64,000 bases of DNA from Paragordius varius (GCA_964247055.1 OZ176052.1:10168001-10232000); one strand, 5' to 3'; numbered from the stretch's first letter, positions 39,101 to 55,699 are shown. The notes: a model not told the origin generated them from the letters alone. A program made the numbers and translations.

Positions 39101-41778
39101 TGAGTGACGATGTTTTGAGCTAAGGGTGTTTACTATCATTTCCAAACATGGTCACCAATAAAAAATGCCTTATTAACCTTTCTGCGTCCACATTTAAATA
39201 TCGTCTATCCAAAATTTACAAATATTTTAGATTGTTATCCTGTATGCGCCAAAAAGGATCTAATCTTAGTTAAGTCGGCTATCTCTTGACAGGGCAAATA
39301 TATAAGTCAGTTTTTCAAAGCAATATGAAACTGTATGGCTGTGCCAAAAGATGGCAAGTTTATATTTATGGTCACATATATGTGAAAAGGAGTAAAAATT
39401 ATCAGTCAACATGTTCTATTTATTAGTAACAGGTTCCGGACCAATTTGTGAACTAAGATATCGGTTCCAATTTTATTATATTTTCTAGGTAACCATTTCC
39501 GAGTCTTTCTGCTAAATCGTGCTTTTATTGTTACCACTATTTTGAATAATGAAATCTCGTTAGTCAATTTTATCGGTCTTTGCCAATCATTTTTATATTA
39601 GCTTACTAATTGTTAAATTTTTTCCAAAACAATAAATTAGTGGAACTCAAAAAATTTGACGGCCAAATACAATATTTTTGTCCAAAGGGCAACACATCTA
39701 ACATCGACTAATACTGCATAACTGTTTCCAAATCAGTAAACCGAGATATTTCGCGAGTCGCGTATAAATTGGAGCTAAAATGTTTGTGCCATTTAGTTAA
39801 ACACAAATATTTTGATAATAACCTTCTTTAACAAATAAATCAACCTTTTTTAATATTAACCAACAATTTTTGATACTTCTGTTTATTTTAATGACAGGCC
39901 AATATCTAAATAGTGATATCTATATGTTTAACATATATTTAAATACGCCGCCTCGATTTAAGTTAAGGGAAAACAATATGGATAACTTTAGCACATTTTA
40001 TATTTTCATAATACCCTTTCCTTTGTTGTCATTAAATATTTTTTATTATTCGATTCATTATAATCAATAAATTTTTAAACAAGATGAGCATTATCAGTAT
40101 CGATGCATCAATGGAAAATCGGAAATTCTTCTCATAAAATAAAAATGATTGTATTATTGCGCAAATAAAAAATACCAACGAATTAATTTTTTAAATATGA
40201 AAAATAACAGTTAAAATTTTTTAATTATTATTATCTCTTAATCATTATAATAATTCATGGTCATAAAAAACACTTGTATACGGCCCGGCTGCGGGTTTAA
40301 GTACCACTGTAATAAATTGTTAAGAATTTTGTAGACAAGTATTTCTTTATATATGTTTTGTATCCATATAGTCATAAAATACTTATCCTGTTAATCTATA
40401 TGGCTACATGATTTTTCTATACTTTTTTCCTATTTTGGCTGCCCCATAAAATATCTATATTGATTTACAGAAAGAAATATAAGCGTTTGTGCCATATATT
40501 TTATATAACCAAATAATTTATACATTTGGATCGAAGCTTTATTTTACTCTATAATATCTTATATTCCTTTTTCTTATCCTAATCTGAGTTTCTTCTACCT
40601 TACAGTTCTAATCTTCGTCTGTTAAAATATGTTTTTAAAAATAAATATTTTTTCTATAGGCATTATTTTAATTTTTAAAAAGTAATGGTTGATTTGAAAA
40701 ATACTCATCCATCGGTAATATAATTTTTTCGGTGAAATGTAAAGGCTTAGTGTTAATACCCATAGTCACGGTGATATAATTTGACTGTTAATATGTATTA
40801 TTAATTTTAAATTATCATAGTAGCATGGGTTATATAATTTTATAGTTGTAAGTTGTGGCTAATTATTGAGAGTTAAAATAAATTGTCAAAAATAGAGGCT
40901 TGGGAACACAATTTAATTTTTTTTAAGTAATGGTTGATTGTTCGAATTGATATTAACATGGATAAAAATTTGATTGCTTGGTTAATAGATAAAGTATCAT
41001 GAATTATGACTTAACTTATTAAGTTGTAGTTTAGAGGAGGTTATTATATGTGGTAAATTATATAAGAAAATGAGTGAGAAATTTTAAAAATAGAGGCAGC
41101 ATTAAGAAGCTGACAGGATAGCGTTAATAAATTTGGTAAGTGGGAAATAGATCGAAAAGGTACAAGCAAAAAGAATCGGTCCAGATACCTTTCTAGTAGT
41201 TTTTTGCCCTAAACTTAATTTATATATTGCGCCAAATTTAGAAAAAAGAATGTAAATTTGTGAAAATAGAACCGATTTCTAATCCGATTATCAACCAATC
41301 ATAGGATATTTTTGATCAAATAATGAAAGACTATATTTTAACATTTATTAATTATTGGTATATACAAATTTATTAGTAAATATATATCATGTGTGGTATA
41401 TAATAATGGTAAATATAAAGTACCATATTTATAAACAATTGTTCGTCTATTATATGTTGTATTATAGAAGTTATTTATGAAGAAAGGACGCTAAACAAAA
41501 ATTTAGCAAACATACTTACATATATATATAAACAAAAATAAAAAAATATACAAGGTATTACATAATTATGAGTAGATCATTTTATATGATAGATGTAATG
41601 TGATAGATCTAAGCGTGAATATTTACTAATCGTACAAAATTTGTAGAAAAAACATGGATTAGATAGATTATTTATGATTCGGAGACATTTGGTTTAATAG
41701 GGATGCTTTTTAATCCATCGTAGTTTTAAGGTATGACTTTATTTAATAAAATTGGTGATTAAGCGTGCAAAAAAGAAT

Positions 41779-44255
<2,477 letters not shown>

Positions 44256-46585
44256 TTAAATAGTTTTAAATTTAGTAAAAAGGCGGCGGAAACACAATTA
44301 CAACAATATACGATATAAAAACATGGCCACCATAGTACAAATTATAAGAAACGTGATTATATACAGATTTTGATTGGTTAATATTTGTAAAACCTAACAA
44401 CCAATCTATAATTGTGTGTAAAAATAAAATCGGTAAAAGTCGATATGCATTTAAAATATCCTTTTGGCCACAGTTTCTTTACATTGTTTATTTACAACCA
44501 AAAACAAAAATATTTAAAACGAAGAAATAATGCACAGTTCCAACAACTAGCTATAAATGTGTTTATTCAAAACTTATGCGCATTAAAAAATGAACTGATA
44601 AATATTATATATATACATATACTAAAAAATCTTTGATTTTATCATGATGCTTATAGAGCTGGGGCTTACAAGAAAAAAAAGGCTATTTGCATTAGCATAT
44701 GATGCGCCAATTTTGCGATTGGTGCTTAAATATTTTTTTATGCTAAACATAAAAGATATATATATCTATCACAACAACACGCCTCTAAAAAATGAAAAAT
44801 TGGATTTTAATAAAAATATTACGATTATTTAAAACACATAAAATGCAAAATTGGGCTCAAAATAAATATAAAAAGGCAAAAAATATCAAACCAGCTTCGG
44901 AGATTGATACCCCCCATCTATCAAATATTACAGGATACTTGTTACCCTCAATTTTTTGAGCATTTGAGAAATGGCTCTGTATACTTTAAGCTTGATTTTT
45001 AAATTTACAAAATGTTAAGTTAATAATTTATTTTCTTGATAAAATATTGACATAAATTAAATCGCAATTTTACGACAGTTTTACTCATTTGTTCTCAACA
45101 AATTGCCATAACCGACATAAAATAAACCTTAAAACAATGACAATCCTTTTGTACATTTTATGACCACGGCTGTTATTTTTGCAGCCTATACATCTGATAA
45201 TGATTAACCATAATTATTTTTATTATTTATAATAAATTTAGAATGCTTATATTTCAGCCATATTGGTATCTACTTTATAATATTTTACTATAATATAATA
45301 GTTTGAGAATCTTTTTCTTATATAGCTTTCCTATATGGGGCGAAATATTAACAATAGAAAAAAACGCATTAATTGATTTTAAGTGATATTTTAGCAATAT
45401 TTTATAAATATATTGCATCCTACATAAGTATTATAATGTCTATTATTTTACTGCTGAAAATATTAGCCCCTTCAAAATTTTAATTAACAAGTATCAAAAA
45501 ACGGTAGATTTGTTGTCATTTGAGTTTCAGATCAAAGTAATTATCGAATACAAATCTGGATATACTTTAAGCGGTATCAAGCTGCGAGATTTCTAGAATA
45601 GTACGGCATGTTTTGCTTCCGGTCTGAATTAAATCATCATAAAACTTATAAAATAAGATATGTATTTATACGATAGATGATTGCTTTAGAGATATGTAAA
45701 TTGAATCAAAATTATTTCTGATTGTAATCAGTGAAATCTATTCATTTTTTTCATTGGAAATTTTTATGTGTAAAACAGCTTATAGTTGTGTTATTCAAAG
45801 CGAGTCCCGCCGGTTCTAAGGATTTTGTAAAGCATACCACTCTCTACGTAGGTCCGATGATCAGACTGTCATAAGCTTTTTGGTTGGTTAATAAAGGAAA
45901 AATGCATGCAATTGTGCAACAGTGACGGTTAAATCAGCAAAAAATGAGGAAGATTAGAACTTATAAGAGTATTATGCCGCTTAGGAGCACGACCGCTACT
46001 TTTTGAATAATTCAAAAGGCGACAATTTCGGATAATAAAAAATAAGTCTAAAATATGATAGAAGATTAAAAATATTATATAAGATGTTATTGATGAAAGT
46101 GGAATTATTCGTTTTATTTCGTCCAAATTGATATATAAATTTATTAACTATATATGTGTATCTTGACATTAGCAAAAAACCGTTTAAAATGCTTTCCGGT
46201 TCCAAAAATAAAAACATAATGTATTCACACAAATGACAAATTTCTTTTTTATATAAAAATGCACCTAGTATGTAGCATGTGTAAATTTTAAAAATGTGTA
46301 GATTAGATTATATTTCGATGATTTTAGTAGAACCAATGTAATTAATTTTAATTTTGATAAATTAGATATACCAAAAACCTCCATTTTTATATAAATTTTG
46401 AGCTCACTAAACTGCTTGCGTTAAAGTCATTTATCAGTAATAAATAGTATAAAATACAAAAAAAGACAAATTCGAAACTTACCAAAATAACGAACTTCAA
46501 CCCATAAATACTTCAGCAGCATCTAATTCCCATAGTTATAAAATATTTTGCAAACTGAGTCATACCATTTTTCAGTGAAAAACAA

Positions 46586-46740
46586 GATTTTTTCAAGCAA
46601 ACTAAACGCAACATTTTTTAAAGCAAACGCAACATTATTTCAAGCCAAGACAACATTATTCATTTAAATATTTTCAATTAAAGACAACATTTTTTAAGCC
46701 AAAGCAACAATTTTTATTAATTAAAGACAAATTTTATTTT
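46586..46740. repeat. Degenerate ~22-25-bp tandem repeat (AAGCAAACGCAACATTTT-like, ~6 units)
   Basis: Recurring AAG(C/A)...CAACATT(T/A)TT units. Confidence 0.45.
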
Positions 46741-46844
46741 ATGACAATTTATTAATAAGAGATTTAATTTTAAGTTAACAATTAGTTCATTTCTAGCGTT
46801 GAAAATTGATTTTTATTGTTTTACTAGTGTAAAGATCCACATAT

Positions 46845-47300
46845 CCTTATCCAGCAGCTATCATCAAAGAAACGTTTGACTAACATTTTTGCCTTTTAAC
46901 AGGGAATACGTGGAATCCTTATTGAATTTTTAGGGTCTTATACCTTGGGCGAAAAATAGAATCAAAAAGTATTTTTGTGGACTTTGTTTTTTAAAAAAAA
47001 TGGCATTTTACGGGGAAAGCAGTTAAAAAGAGATCCAAAATTAAGAAAGCGAGCCGACTATGTTCGGCGCAATCGAAAATATAAAAACAAAAATCATATT
47101 TGAAATTGAATGGTCCAACACGTTCTCCGGAAAATTGTCTCAAAGACACGATATTTGTGGACTTCTGGGTGGGCCCGAACTGGGGGCCTATTTCAAAAAA
47201 GGGCAAGCTATTGTCGGGGCATTTATTAATGATTATATTTTTCAATATTTGGATTTGAATGGGTCCACCGGTTTTCCGGAAACAGATCACAAAGCCAGCA
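46845..47300 (+). repeat. Dispersed ~460-bp non-coding repeat, copy 1 (unclassified)
   Basis: Reverse complement of 55700-56175; contains CCGGTTTTCCGG and GGGCCCGAACTGGGGGCC hairpins. Confidence 0.85.
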
Positions 47301-48138
47301 TTTCCATTTTTATAAATATATAGATATCAACATTTAATGGTAAAATGATTTAAAATATTAATTTTGCCAATAATATAATTGTTATCATTTATTTGTATTA
47401 TATAAAATAATCCTTTTAAGAACAACTATATTTTCATTAAACATATTTTAATGTAGTTTTTTTAATATTCTAGGTAGAATTACTAAAAAATGTTAATATT
47501 TTAAAAAAAATCTCGCCATGCTTTTGTTATATAAAGATCCATGTGAAGTAATACTATTAATTTATACCCAAATGTACTCGTTCTATAAAAATTATGTAAT
47601 GAGAATTTAATTAAGTTATATTAAACAGAAAGGAGATCGAAAAACAAAAAAATGTTAATTATCGATACCCAATTACCTATGTGTAAAAATTTACGGTATG
47701 AAAGTTATTATCACCCATATTGTTGGTGTTTACAAAAGTCTGCTTTACAAAATTTTAAAAAAATGCAAAAATAAGTTTCACTTGTTAATAATAATAACTG
47801 AACCAATATCATTTTTAATATTTTCAATAGTTCTAAATTTAGAGATTATGAAGCTCTATTAAAGGATTTAAAACTTTATTTATTTGCCAATTTTATACAT
47901 AGCATACATATTTTCCCAGTTTTAATTTTATCAATTATTGATCTAATTGAAGGTAAACTTTACCAATTTTGTTAAAAATATTTCGGAAACAGTCTTTAAA
48001 TATAGTCATATATCAAAAAGTATATCTTTACTCAACATTTTAATTTAAAATTAATTGCGAAAGCACTCAATTTTCCACCGTTATGATATACCGTTAAAAA
48101 GTTAAATCGATAACTTAATTTATTGTTTTATGTATATT

Positions 48139-48278
48139 ATCGGCCAATCAAGGCCAACGAAAAATTGCCTACATCTCGTAATAGAGTATGTGGCGGGGTA
48201 TTGGTTATAGTTTTCAACTAGCAATAACCGCACCTCGGTAAAACATCATTGGTTACGGTATCGCCACTGCGCAAAGTT
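48139..48278 (-). ncRNA. U4: U4 spliceosomal snRNA
   Basis: Reads AACTTTGCGCAGTGGCGATACCGTAACCAATGATGTTTTACCGAGGTGCGGTTATTGCTAGTTGAAAACT...CCAATACCCCGCC...GGCAATTTTTCG + 3' hairpin. U4/U6 stem II and stem I sequences and the k-turn stem match metazoan U4. Confidence 0.95.
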
Positions 48279-48521
48279 AATTCCTAACCAATACACATAC
48301 AATATATGGATTTCAATTATTTACGTATACAAGTCTTAGGAACCCAATATGTTTTTAAACAATAAATAATTTATTGAATATATATTTAAAAATGGTTATA
48401 AGTTACAAAGATATAAATTCAATAAAAAATGGTGGTTAAAAAATATTTCTCAGACATAAGATAAATGGGGTAGATAATATTAAAGCGCATTCTTTTTTTG
48501 TCTATTTGCATATGTGTTTTA

Positions 48522-51500
48522 TTACACATTTTTGGTGCGAGATTCAACTGCAAAACTATGTTTTATCACATTGTCGCTATTCATAAAATATATTTTTAAT
48601 TTCTTATCACATGTTACATCAAGGATTCCAAATCCACCCAATGACTCATCATAATATTTGTTAATACAAAGGGGGGACGATGTTCGATTTGTTTTTCGTT
48701 TAACATTTAATTTTGAGCCTGAACCAAAAACTGCATAGTTCAATGTACTGTTTGGTTCATATTGATCAATTAAATGCTATAAATAATTAAAAAAAAAAAA
48801 TTTTATAATAACTCAGGCACATTTACTTTCTTGCTGTTAACAAAAGAACAGGTAAAGGTATAAATATACATGTTTTTTACTACTCAAAAACGGAAAGGAA
48901 CATAAAAAAATACATATTTTTTATGTTTTTATAGCAAATATAACAAATATGTATTCTTATCAAGTTTTATGAAATAAGGAAATTACACATATATATTTTT
49001 TCTAATTAGTTTCAACAAAACGTTTTAAAACACAAGATAAATAATTTAATAATAGGTAACCTCCATAACGTGATCATGACCACTCAAATACAAACTGATC
49101 TTATATTTATGTAACAGAGGTCTTAAACGTTTAGCTAAACAGGGAGTTGGTCCATGTTTTGCAATGGAAAAAATAGGTTGATGTCCTGCCACTATGAGAA
49201 AATCGGCCCTAAAATATTTGAAAAATTTAATTTTTTAAAAAACAAAACCTAACTTCAAATGACCTAATATAATAGCGTATCGTTTGGTATAAAAAGTTGT
49301 CTAAAATTACAAACAAAATAAATGTTAAAATATGGAAAAAAGTGTTGAATTCAACCATTTGCTGTTGTTTTACCAAACGCTACTGTAATTAAAATGCAAT
49401 GTACAATTAAATTTTTCTTGATTGGTTATTAATAATATATGTACTTGTGGTCACTTTCCCTTAAAATATAGCACGTTAACTTTTTTAAAAAAAATATTAA
49501 AAAAAAATTCATAGATAATATAATTATTTTTGGTAATTTGCAACTGCTTATGTTTGCATACCTTGAATTGGCCAAAGTTTTTTCCAACCAATCCCAATGC
49601 GCCTTTTTATTGTAGGGGTTAAGATATTTACCATGTTCGCCACTTTTATTGACATACTTAGCCGTGGGACAAAGGACTTGAGTGTCAATGCTGACAACTT
49701 CAATGGATACGTTAACCAATTCAAGATTTTTTGGGCATATTAGTGATAAATCATGTCTCACATGGTAATACAAAGATGGATAAAACCTATTTCAATTAAA
49801 TTAAATGTTTACTATATTAACAGTAAAGAAACATTTTTTAATATTTTTACCATTTTTTGGATTTGTATGTCAATTGTGCCGTCATGTTTCCATAATGATC
49901 GTGTGACCCTGCTGTCATTAACCATGGTATGTTTAAGCCATCGTAATCATACAAATTTTCAAAAGACGTCTGTAAATGTTAAAAAAATTATGAAAAAAAA
50001 CTACAATTCCATAAATCTTAATAAAATGGTAAATATGATTTATAGATAGTTTGTATTTGATTTTTTTATTAATTGGTTAAAGTATCGATATCGTTTTTTT
50101 TACAAAATTATACCGCTTGATAAATCGACCCAAATTATAAAATTAAAGAAACTTGGAATCTAGGGTCATTTACATCTTTGACACCAATGGGGTAAATGTT
50201 ATCGCCTAATCCTATCAAAAATAGGGGACGATTTGCATCCGCAAAACTTCCCATGGCTTGGGCTACATCTCGACCGATTTTGGAGGTGTATGGTGGTTTA
50301 TTTTGTCCGCCCGTGTCTCCAATAGATAAAAATGTCAACAATAAATCACCTTAAAAGTATAAAAATTCAATTGAATTTCTCTATAAACATCTTCTTACAC
50401 TGGTATAAATTAGGCAGAAGAAAATTATTTTATCATTGATAAATTTGATTTCTTTTAAACAGATAAATTGTTTTAGGCAATCGAGCGGTGTTTTTTCTGA
50501 TTTCTATTGCTATGGCCACCAATGATTAAATTAGAATTGTTTTTGGCTCTGTTCCATCAATATATTTTAGAAAATCGTCTGGTCAATCTTTTTCCAGTGA
50601 CTTAAATTTTTTAGCAGAAGCGCATTTTACAGAATATGGAGTCATATTGAGCCCCTAATTCTAAAAAAGCCTGGACTAAAATTTTGCCTTTATACCGCAC
50701 ACCTAAATCATGATTGATATAACATGGTTGTGGCTTATCAGATTATTTTTTTGGGGTTAAAATGTCATTTTAGGAAAAGGGGGAGGGAACAGGTATGTAC
50801 ACGGGATAATATAAAAAATGACCCTGCTATGTGTAGCTTATTCATTAAAATACTTTGAATGGACCTATATGTTTTTCGAAATTTGTCTCAAATACGTAAC
50901 TTTTGAGAACATTGTTTTTTGAAAACCCTTTTTACTAAGGCTATTTCGCCTTATTTATGTGTGAATATTTTCCAATTTTACATTAAAAGAAACCTCTATG
51001 TTTTATGAATTATCAAAGTAACTTACATTATCATTATAGATTATTACCCTTGTCACGTAGTTCGGTTGATCCACCATCATTCGTACAATTTTCCGGACAT
51101 TTTGGGACAATAATACGTTTTGAATCTGTATAAGCAAATAATAACCTTATAAGTAATTTTTATGATTATAGAATATGATAAAAGTGTATCTTATACCATA
51201 AATGGGAGAAACAGTCCAAGAAGAATCTTGATTTAGTACTAATAAAATATGGGTATTATCAACAAGATACAAAAAGTATTTCTTTACACAATAATAAACG
51301 TCTTCACTATATTAATTTTTAAAAAAACTAGCTGATTTCAAATAGACATCATAATCGTTTTGCCTAATATATGGCATAATTTTTTTATACGGTAGTAAGA
51401 GCTATTATTGGCCATTTCGATATTTGAATTGACTAACAGGGAACGTAATTTAGATGTTTGTTGTTATGTATGATTTTTCATTTTTAATTAGTTACACATT

Positions 51501-51843
51501 TAGTCGAAATTGTGGATATAATAATATTATGTTGGCAATAATTTTCTTTTGAGCAATATAGCTAAACCCACAAATATGTGAATGACATATCTTTTTACCC
51601 AATTACAATACCAAAATGGCCAATAATAACTCTCGTTACTGTATCTGTAAAAAGTTTTTTTATGGTTAACAATAAAGTGATAAAAAAACATTTGACATGT
51701 CTAATAATATTCTAATAATATATTTTGACCTAACAACTACCTTCTCATTATAAAAATTATATAGCTTTTCAATCGATAAAATAACTTAGTTTAATATAAA
51801 ACATACCCACAGTTATGGATATCAGAAGGAACAAAATCCACAT
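48522..51843 (-). CDS. Tartrate-resistant / purple acid phosphatase (ACP5-like)
   Basis: SIGDTGG, LGDNIY, AGSHDH, SIDTQVL, HWDWLEKTL, VAGHQP, YLSGHDH, last exon to 48522. The model is solid from ~51300 to 48522; the signal-peptide exon MWILFLLISIT at 51843 is tentative. Confidence 0.88.
51388..51643. mobile_element. Tc1/mariner-type MITE in a phosphatase 5' intron
   Basis: Imperfect ~30-bp TIR TAC(A/G)GTA..GAG.TATTATTGGCCATTT at both ends, TA-flanked. Confidence 0.55.
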
Positions 51844-52507
51844 TGCCAAAAATGAATAAAGAAAAAGTAGTGTAGTTTAATTAGGAAATATTCACACATA
51901 AGCGCATATAATTGTAAGAATGCTGATTCATTTGCAGGCAATTATGTATAATGTGAATACTTGAGGGCAAACTCTCCAATCACACAAAATAATACACATG
52001 AATAAATTAAAAATGGGGGCCAATGTAAATATTTTTAAAAATATTTTTTTTGTTAAACCTCATTAAATTTAATAATCTTATGCCATGATACCTTGGAATA
52101 AAGTAGCAACATATAAATATCGATTTTATGTAAATTTTTTCGTTAACGACTTAATTTTCATAGTTATAATTGTATTTAGGGTTTAATATTTTTGATAATA
52201 AGCTTTTGGGCTGTGGGCGCCTACATTATTTAAAAATCATAATAGTTATGTATAAATGATGCAATGGCCTCTAACTACACTTTATAAAGAACCGCTTATA
52301 TTTTTTTATAATATTTTAACACAAAGTATACAAATCGGCTTTTAAACATTGATATTTTTGGGGATGTTTTTTTAATTATTGATGTATTATAAACATATAA
52401 ATATATTAACGTTGCCGGATAACAAATACCAAAATAATACAAATTAAACGGTTAATAAAAATAGTTACTGTGTAATAATTTAATACCGATTTAACCAAAT
52501 GAGGATG

Positions 52508-52745
52508 CAGCGGCGTAGCTAATGGGGGGGCTGATGCACCAGGAGCCATAGTTGAAGGGGCACCGAATTTTGAAAAAAATTAATTTTATTTCAAAAAAAT
52601 AGTATATAAAAGTTATTATTTTAAATTATATATAAAAATCACCCATTTATGAGTGGTCATGACGATAATTTGATTATTATTATAAAAACTGGAGGTTGTA
52701 TGGAGGGGGGCGCCATCACGGATTCATGCACCGGGCGCCAGAAAT
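52508..52745. mobile_element. hAT-like MITE remnant (5' end CAGCGGCGTAGC)
   Basis: GC-rich ends (GGGGCACC, GGGCGCC motifs) around an AT-rich core; the 3' TIR is not recognisable. Confidence 0.45.
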
Positions 52746-52749
52746 GCAA

Positions 52750-53890
52750 GGTAGGCTTTAAGACGTCAATGAAAAGTACGCAAACCTTACAGGTATTTTA
52801 TCTAACACTTAACTAACACCCACAATTTGTATTTCCCAAAAAACTGGTGACTTCCTTTATCATTCGGTAATCATATCAAATTTTGTGCGGGAACACGCAT
52901 TACCATAAGAAAAAAGGCTGTTGAAAGTTATTGTTTGTAAGTAAAAACAGATGGGGAGCATAATATATCGATTGACATATGTGAAACATGGTATTGAATA
53001 TTGAAAGTTATTAATTCGTGTAAAAGAGTGGGAGCTCTGGTAGACCACACAACTGAAAAAAAATGCAAAGGTTATTCGACTGAAAAACGAATATTGGCCG
53101 GAGGGGTTCACAAAAAAATCAATAGGTTTCAACTAGCAATGGGGATTAATATCGGTAAATGGGCTCCACACAATTTGAGTGAACGTCAAAACAAAATTTG
53201 CAAAGTACTAGCGAAATCCTGGTTTGCATAAAATTGGATCTGTGATGAGAAATGGCTATTTTATAAATCCAAATCGGAAAAATTGTAACTTTTGGCTCGC
53301 TACGCCCCATTAACACCAATGCCAAATCGCTTTAGCAGAAAAATGCGCTGCTGGCGGGACTAAAGCGGTATGAACTTTTAAGGTCCCGTGAAATTGTTAA
53401 TACGCAATACTATCGCTATCAAAGACCTAATTAAAACCTCCATTAATTCAAAAACTACCGGATTGAGTCATAAAATGGCAAGTGATTTTGTTACATGATA
53501 ATGCGTCTCACAGAGCAAAACAGTGAAAGTAACCTTAAATTGTTTCGATATGAAATTTTTCCTATCCGCTGAACTCTCCTAAGCTGGCGCCATCTGACTA
53601 TTTGCATCAGCACTTCATTAATTCCGAAGACGTCGCAATTGGCTTTACGAATGTTCTGCAATTAATTTGCCTCGGTATTTATATACTTACTGCCTGAGAG
53701 AGGGGCAAATGTGGAGAAGCCAATGGATAATATCTGGTATAAAATTAATAATTGATTTTATTTCAAAACTTTTATTAATGAACGGGTATAAATCAAAACG
53801 AATTGTTAGGAAAATCTCAAAGGTAGCTTTAATACAATCGACGCTTTCAGAGAAATGTAAATGACAATTTTTAATTGAAGGCCCATACTT
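52750..53890 (+). mobile_element. Degenerate mariner (DD34D-type) transposon
   Basis: GKWAPHNLSERQ, ICDEKWLFY, LLHDNA, NSPKLAPSDY in broken frames. Confidence 0.85.
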
Positions 53891-53929
53891 TCTACGGAAA
53901 ATGCCAACCTTTACATTTTTATCATATTA

Positions 53930-55066
53930 CAGTCATGTCTATATAGAATTGTCAGAAATTCGTATTTAAATGATTATAATTTTTTTTTAATTGTTTTGAT
54001 GTTTGATATGTCAACTTTCAACATGCGAATTTTTAAGCCTTAATATAATAATAGCCTATTTATTGTAAGAATTTTTAATTTATAATTAAATGTTGCAAAA
54101 TATTATTCTTGAACGTTTTATCTACAACATGCGCATGTAATTTATGATAACCAAGTTTGATATTTGTTTTCATTTTCTAGGGGTTTTTAACATGCACTTA
54201 AAATATAAACTAAACTCAAGCAGATGTCCATTTAATCTCTATATATATATATATATATATAAAGAAATAAATCATAAATCTAGAGTTATTTTAAAAAATT
54301 ATGAATATCAACGATAACCCATTATTTCTTCTTTGCTCGGCAGCTAGTGTACTTGAAGGTTTATATTAAAAAATAAAAATTCAGAACGAAATCCAATATT
54401 AAAGGAAAACATAGCTCCCTCAGTTTATACTAAGTTTAATAATAGTTTGCGATAATGCACCTATTCACAAAGCCGCGGTGGTATGTGAGCTAAGGAATAA
54501 AATTGTTTATTTACCTCCATATTCGCCACAACTGAATCCCATTGAATGTTTTTTTCATGAGATTAAACATCAATATGATAAAATACCCCGGTGTAGTACC
54601 CCTCTAGAGCAGCATAACAAAATTGCAACACTTTGCTAAGAGAGAAGGGAAAAAAATCTAAAAAAATTTATAATTCTTCACATATTTTGTTGGAATGTAT
54701 ACAAAGAAAACCCCTAGAAAATGAAAACAATTATAAATTTATTTAAATATTATAATTATCAAAAGATATTTTTATCTTTTAAATTATATTTTGGTTATGT
54801 GTGTTTAAACTCTGAGTTAATAAAATTTTATAATTAATATTTTACAAAAGATAAAAATTACAATATGCGCATGTTGTGCATCAAGAATAATATTTTGCAA
54901 TATCTTTTAATTATAAATTAAAAATTCTTACAATAAATAGGCTATTATTATTTTAAGGCTTAAAAATGCGCATGTTGAAAGTTGACATATCAAACATCAA
55001 AACAATTAAAAAAAAATTATAATCATTTAAATACGAATTTCTGACAATTCTATATAGACATGACTG
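53930..55066 (+). mobile_element. IS630/Tc1-type element with ~210-bp TIRs and a deleted transposase
   Basis: TA|CAGTCATGTCTATATAG ... CTATATAGACATGACTG|TA; internal IVCDNAPIHK...VYLPPYSPQLNPIECFF at ~54440-54560. Confidence 0.88.
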
Positions 55067-55699
55067 TAAGTGACAGATAGGGCAGAAGAATTTATTTTCT
55101 TAAGTAAAAATTACAAAATATTTTTGCTTGTTCTCAAACTTTGAGGAAATTTTTATTTTTGTGACAAATGATTTCTGAAAAATTGTATTTAATCGATTAA
55201 ATCCGTTTATAAATGATGAGCCAATGAAATTAATTGGAAGAAATTGATCGACCATGATCTGGAAATATAAATGGCCATAATTAAATTTTATTGAGTTAAA
55301 TATTTTCCAAAGTTATGATATTTTATCCAAGTGTGTATTTTACTTGGGTAATAGTTGTACTCAGGAGCTAAATTAAAAAGAGCATTTAACTATAATAAAC
55401 AAATTATTTGGAACCATTATGGATTTAATGTGGTCTCATGCCCCTTTAAAAAAAACGTAAGAAATATTTTTGGAGACTTGTTTTTTTGTGCAAAACGCTA
55501 ATTTTCCGGTGAATAAAAAAAATTCCACCATGATTGGCGCATTCACACATCCATAAAAAGTATCCATTATTATATTTCCGCCCTCAGATGATTTTAAAAC
55601 AAGTTTTGACTTTATTAAAAATCACGCTATATTTGTCGCATTTACACGCTTATAAATCTGATATGCAGAATAATCTATATATTTATAAAAATGGAAAGT

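Noticed and set aside
45560-46230. Slightly GC-elevated stretch with short ORFs
   Set aside because: Stops interrupt the frames examined and no RNA-family motif was recognised.
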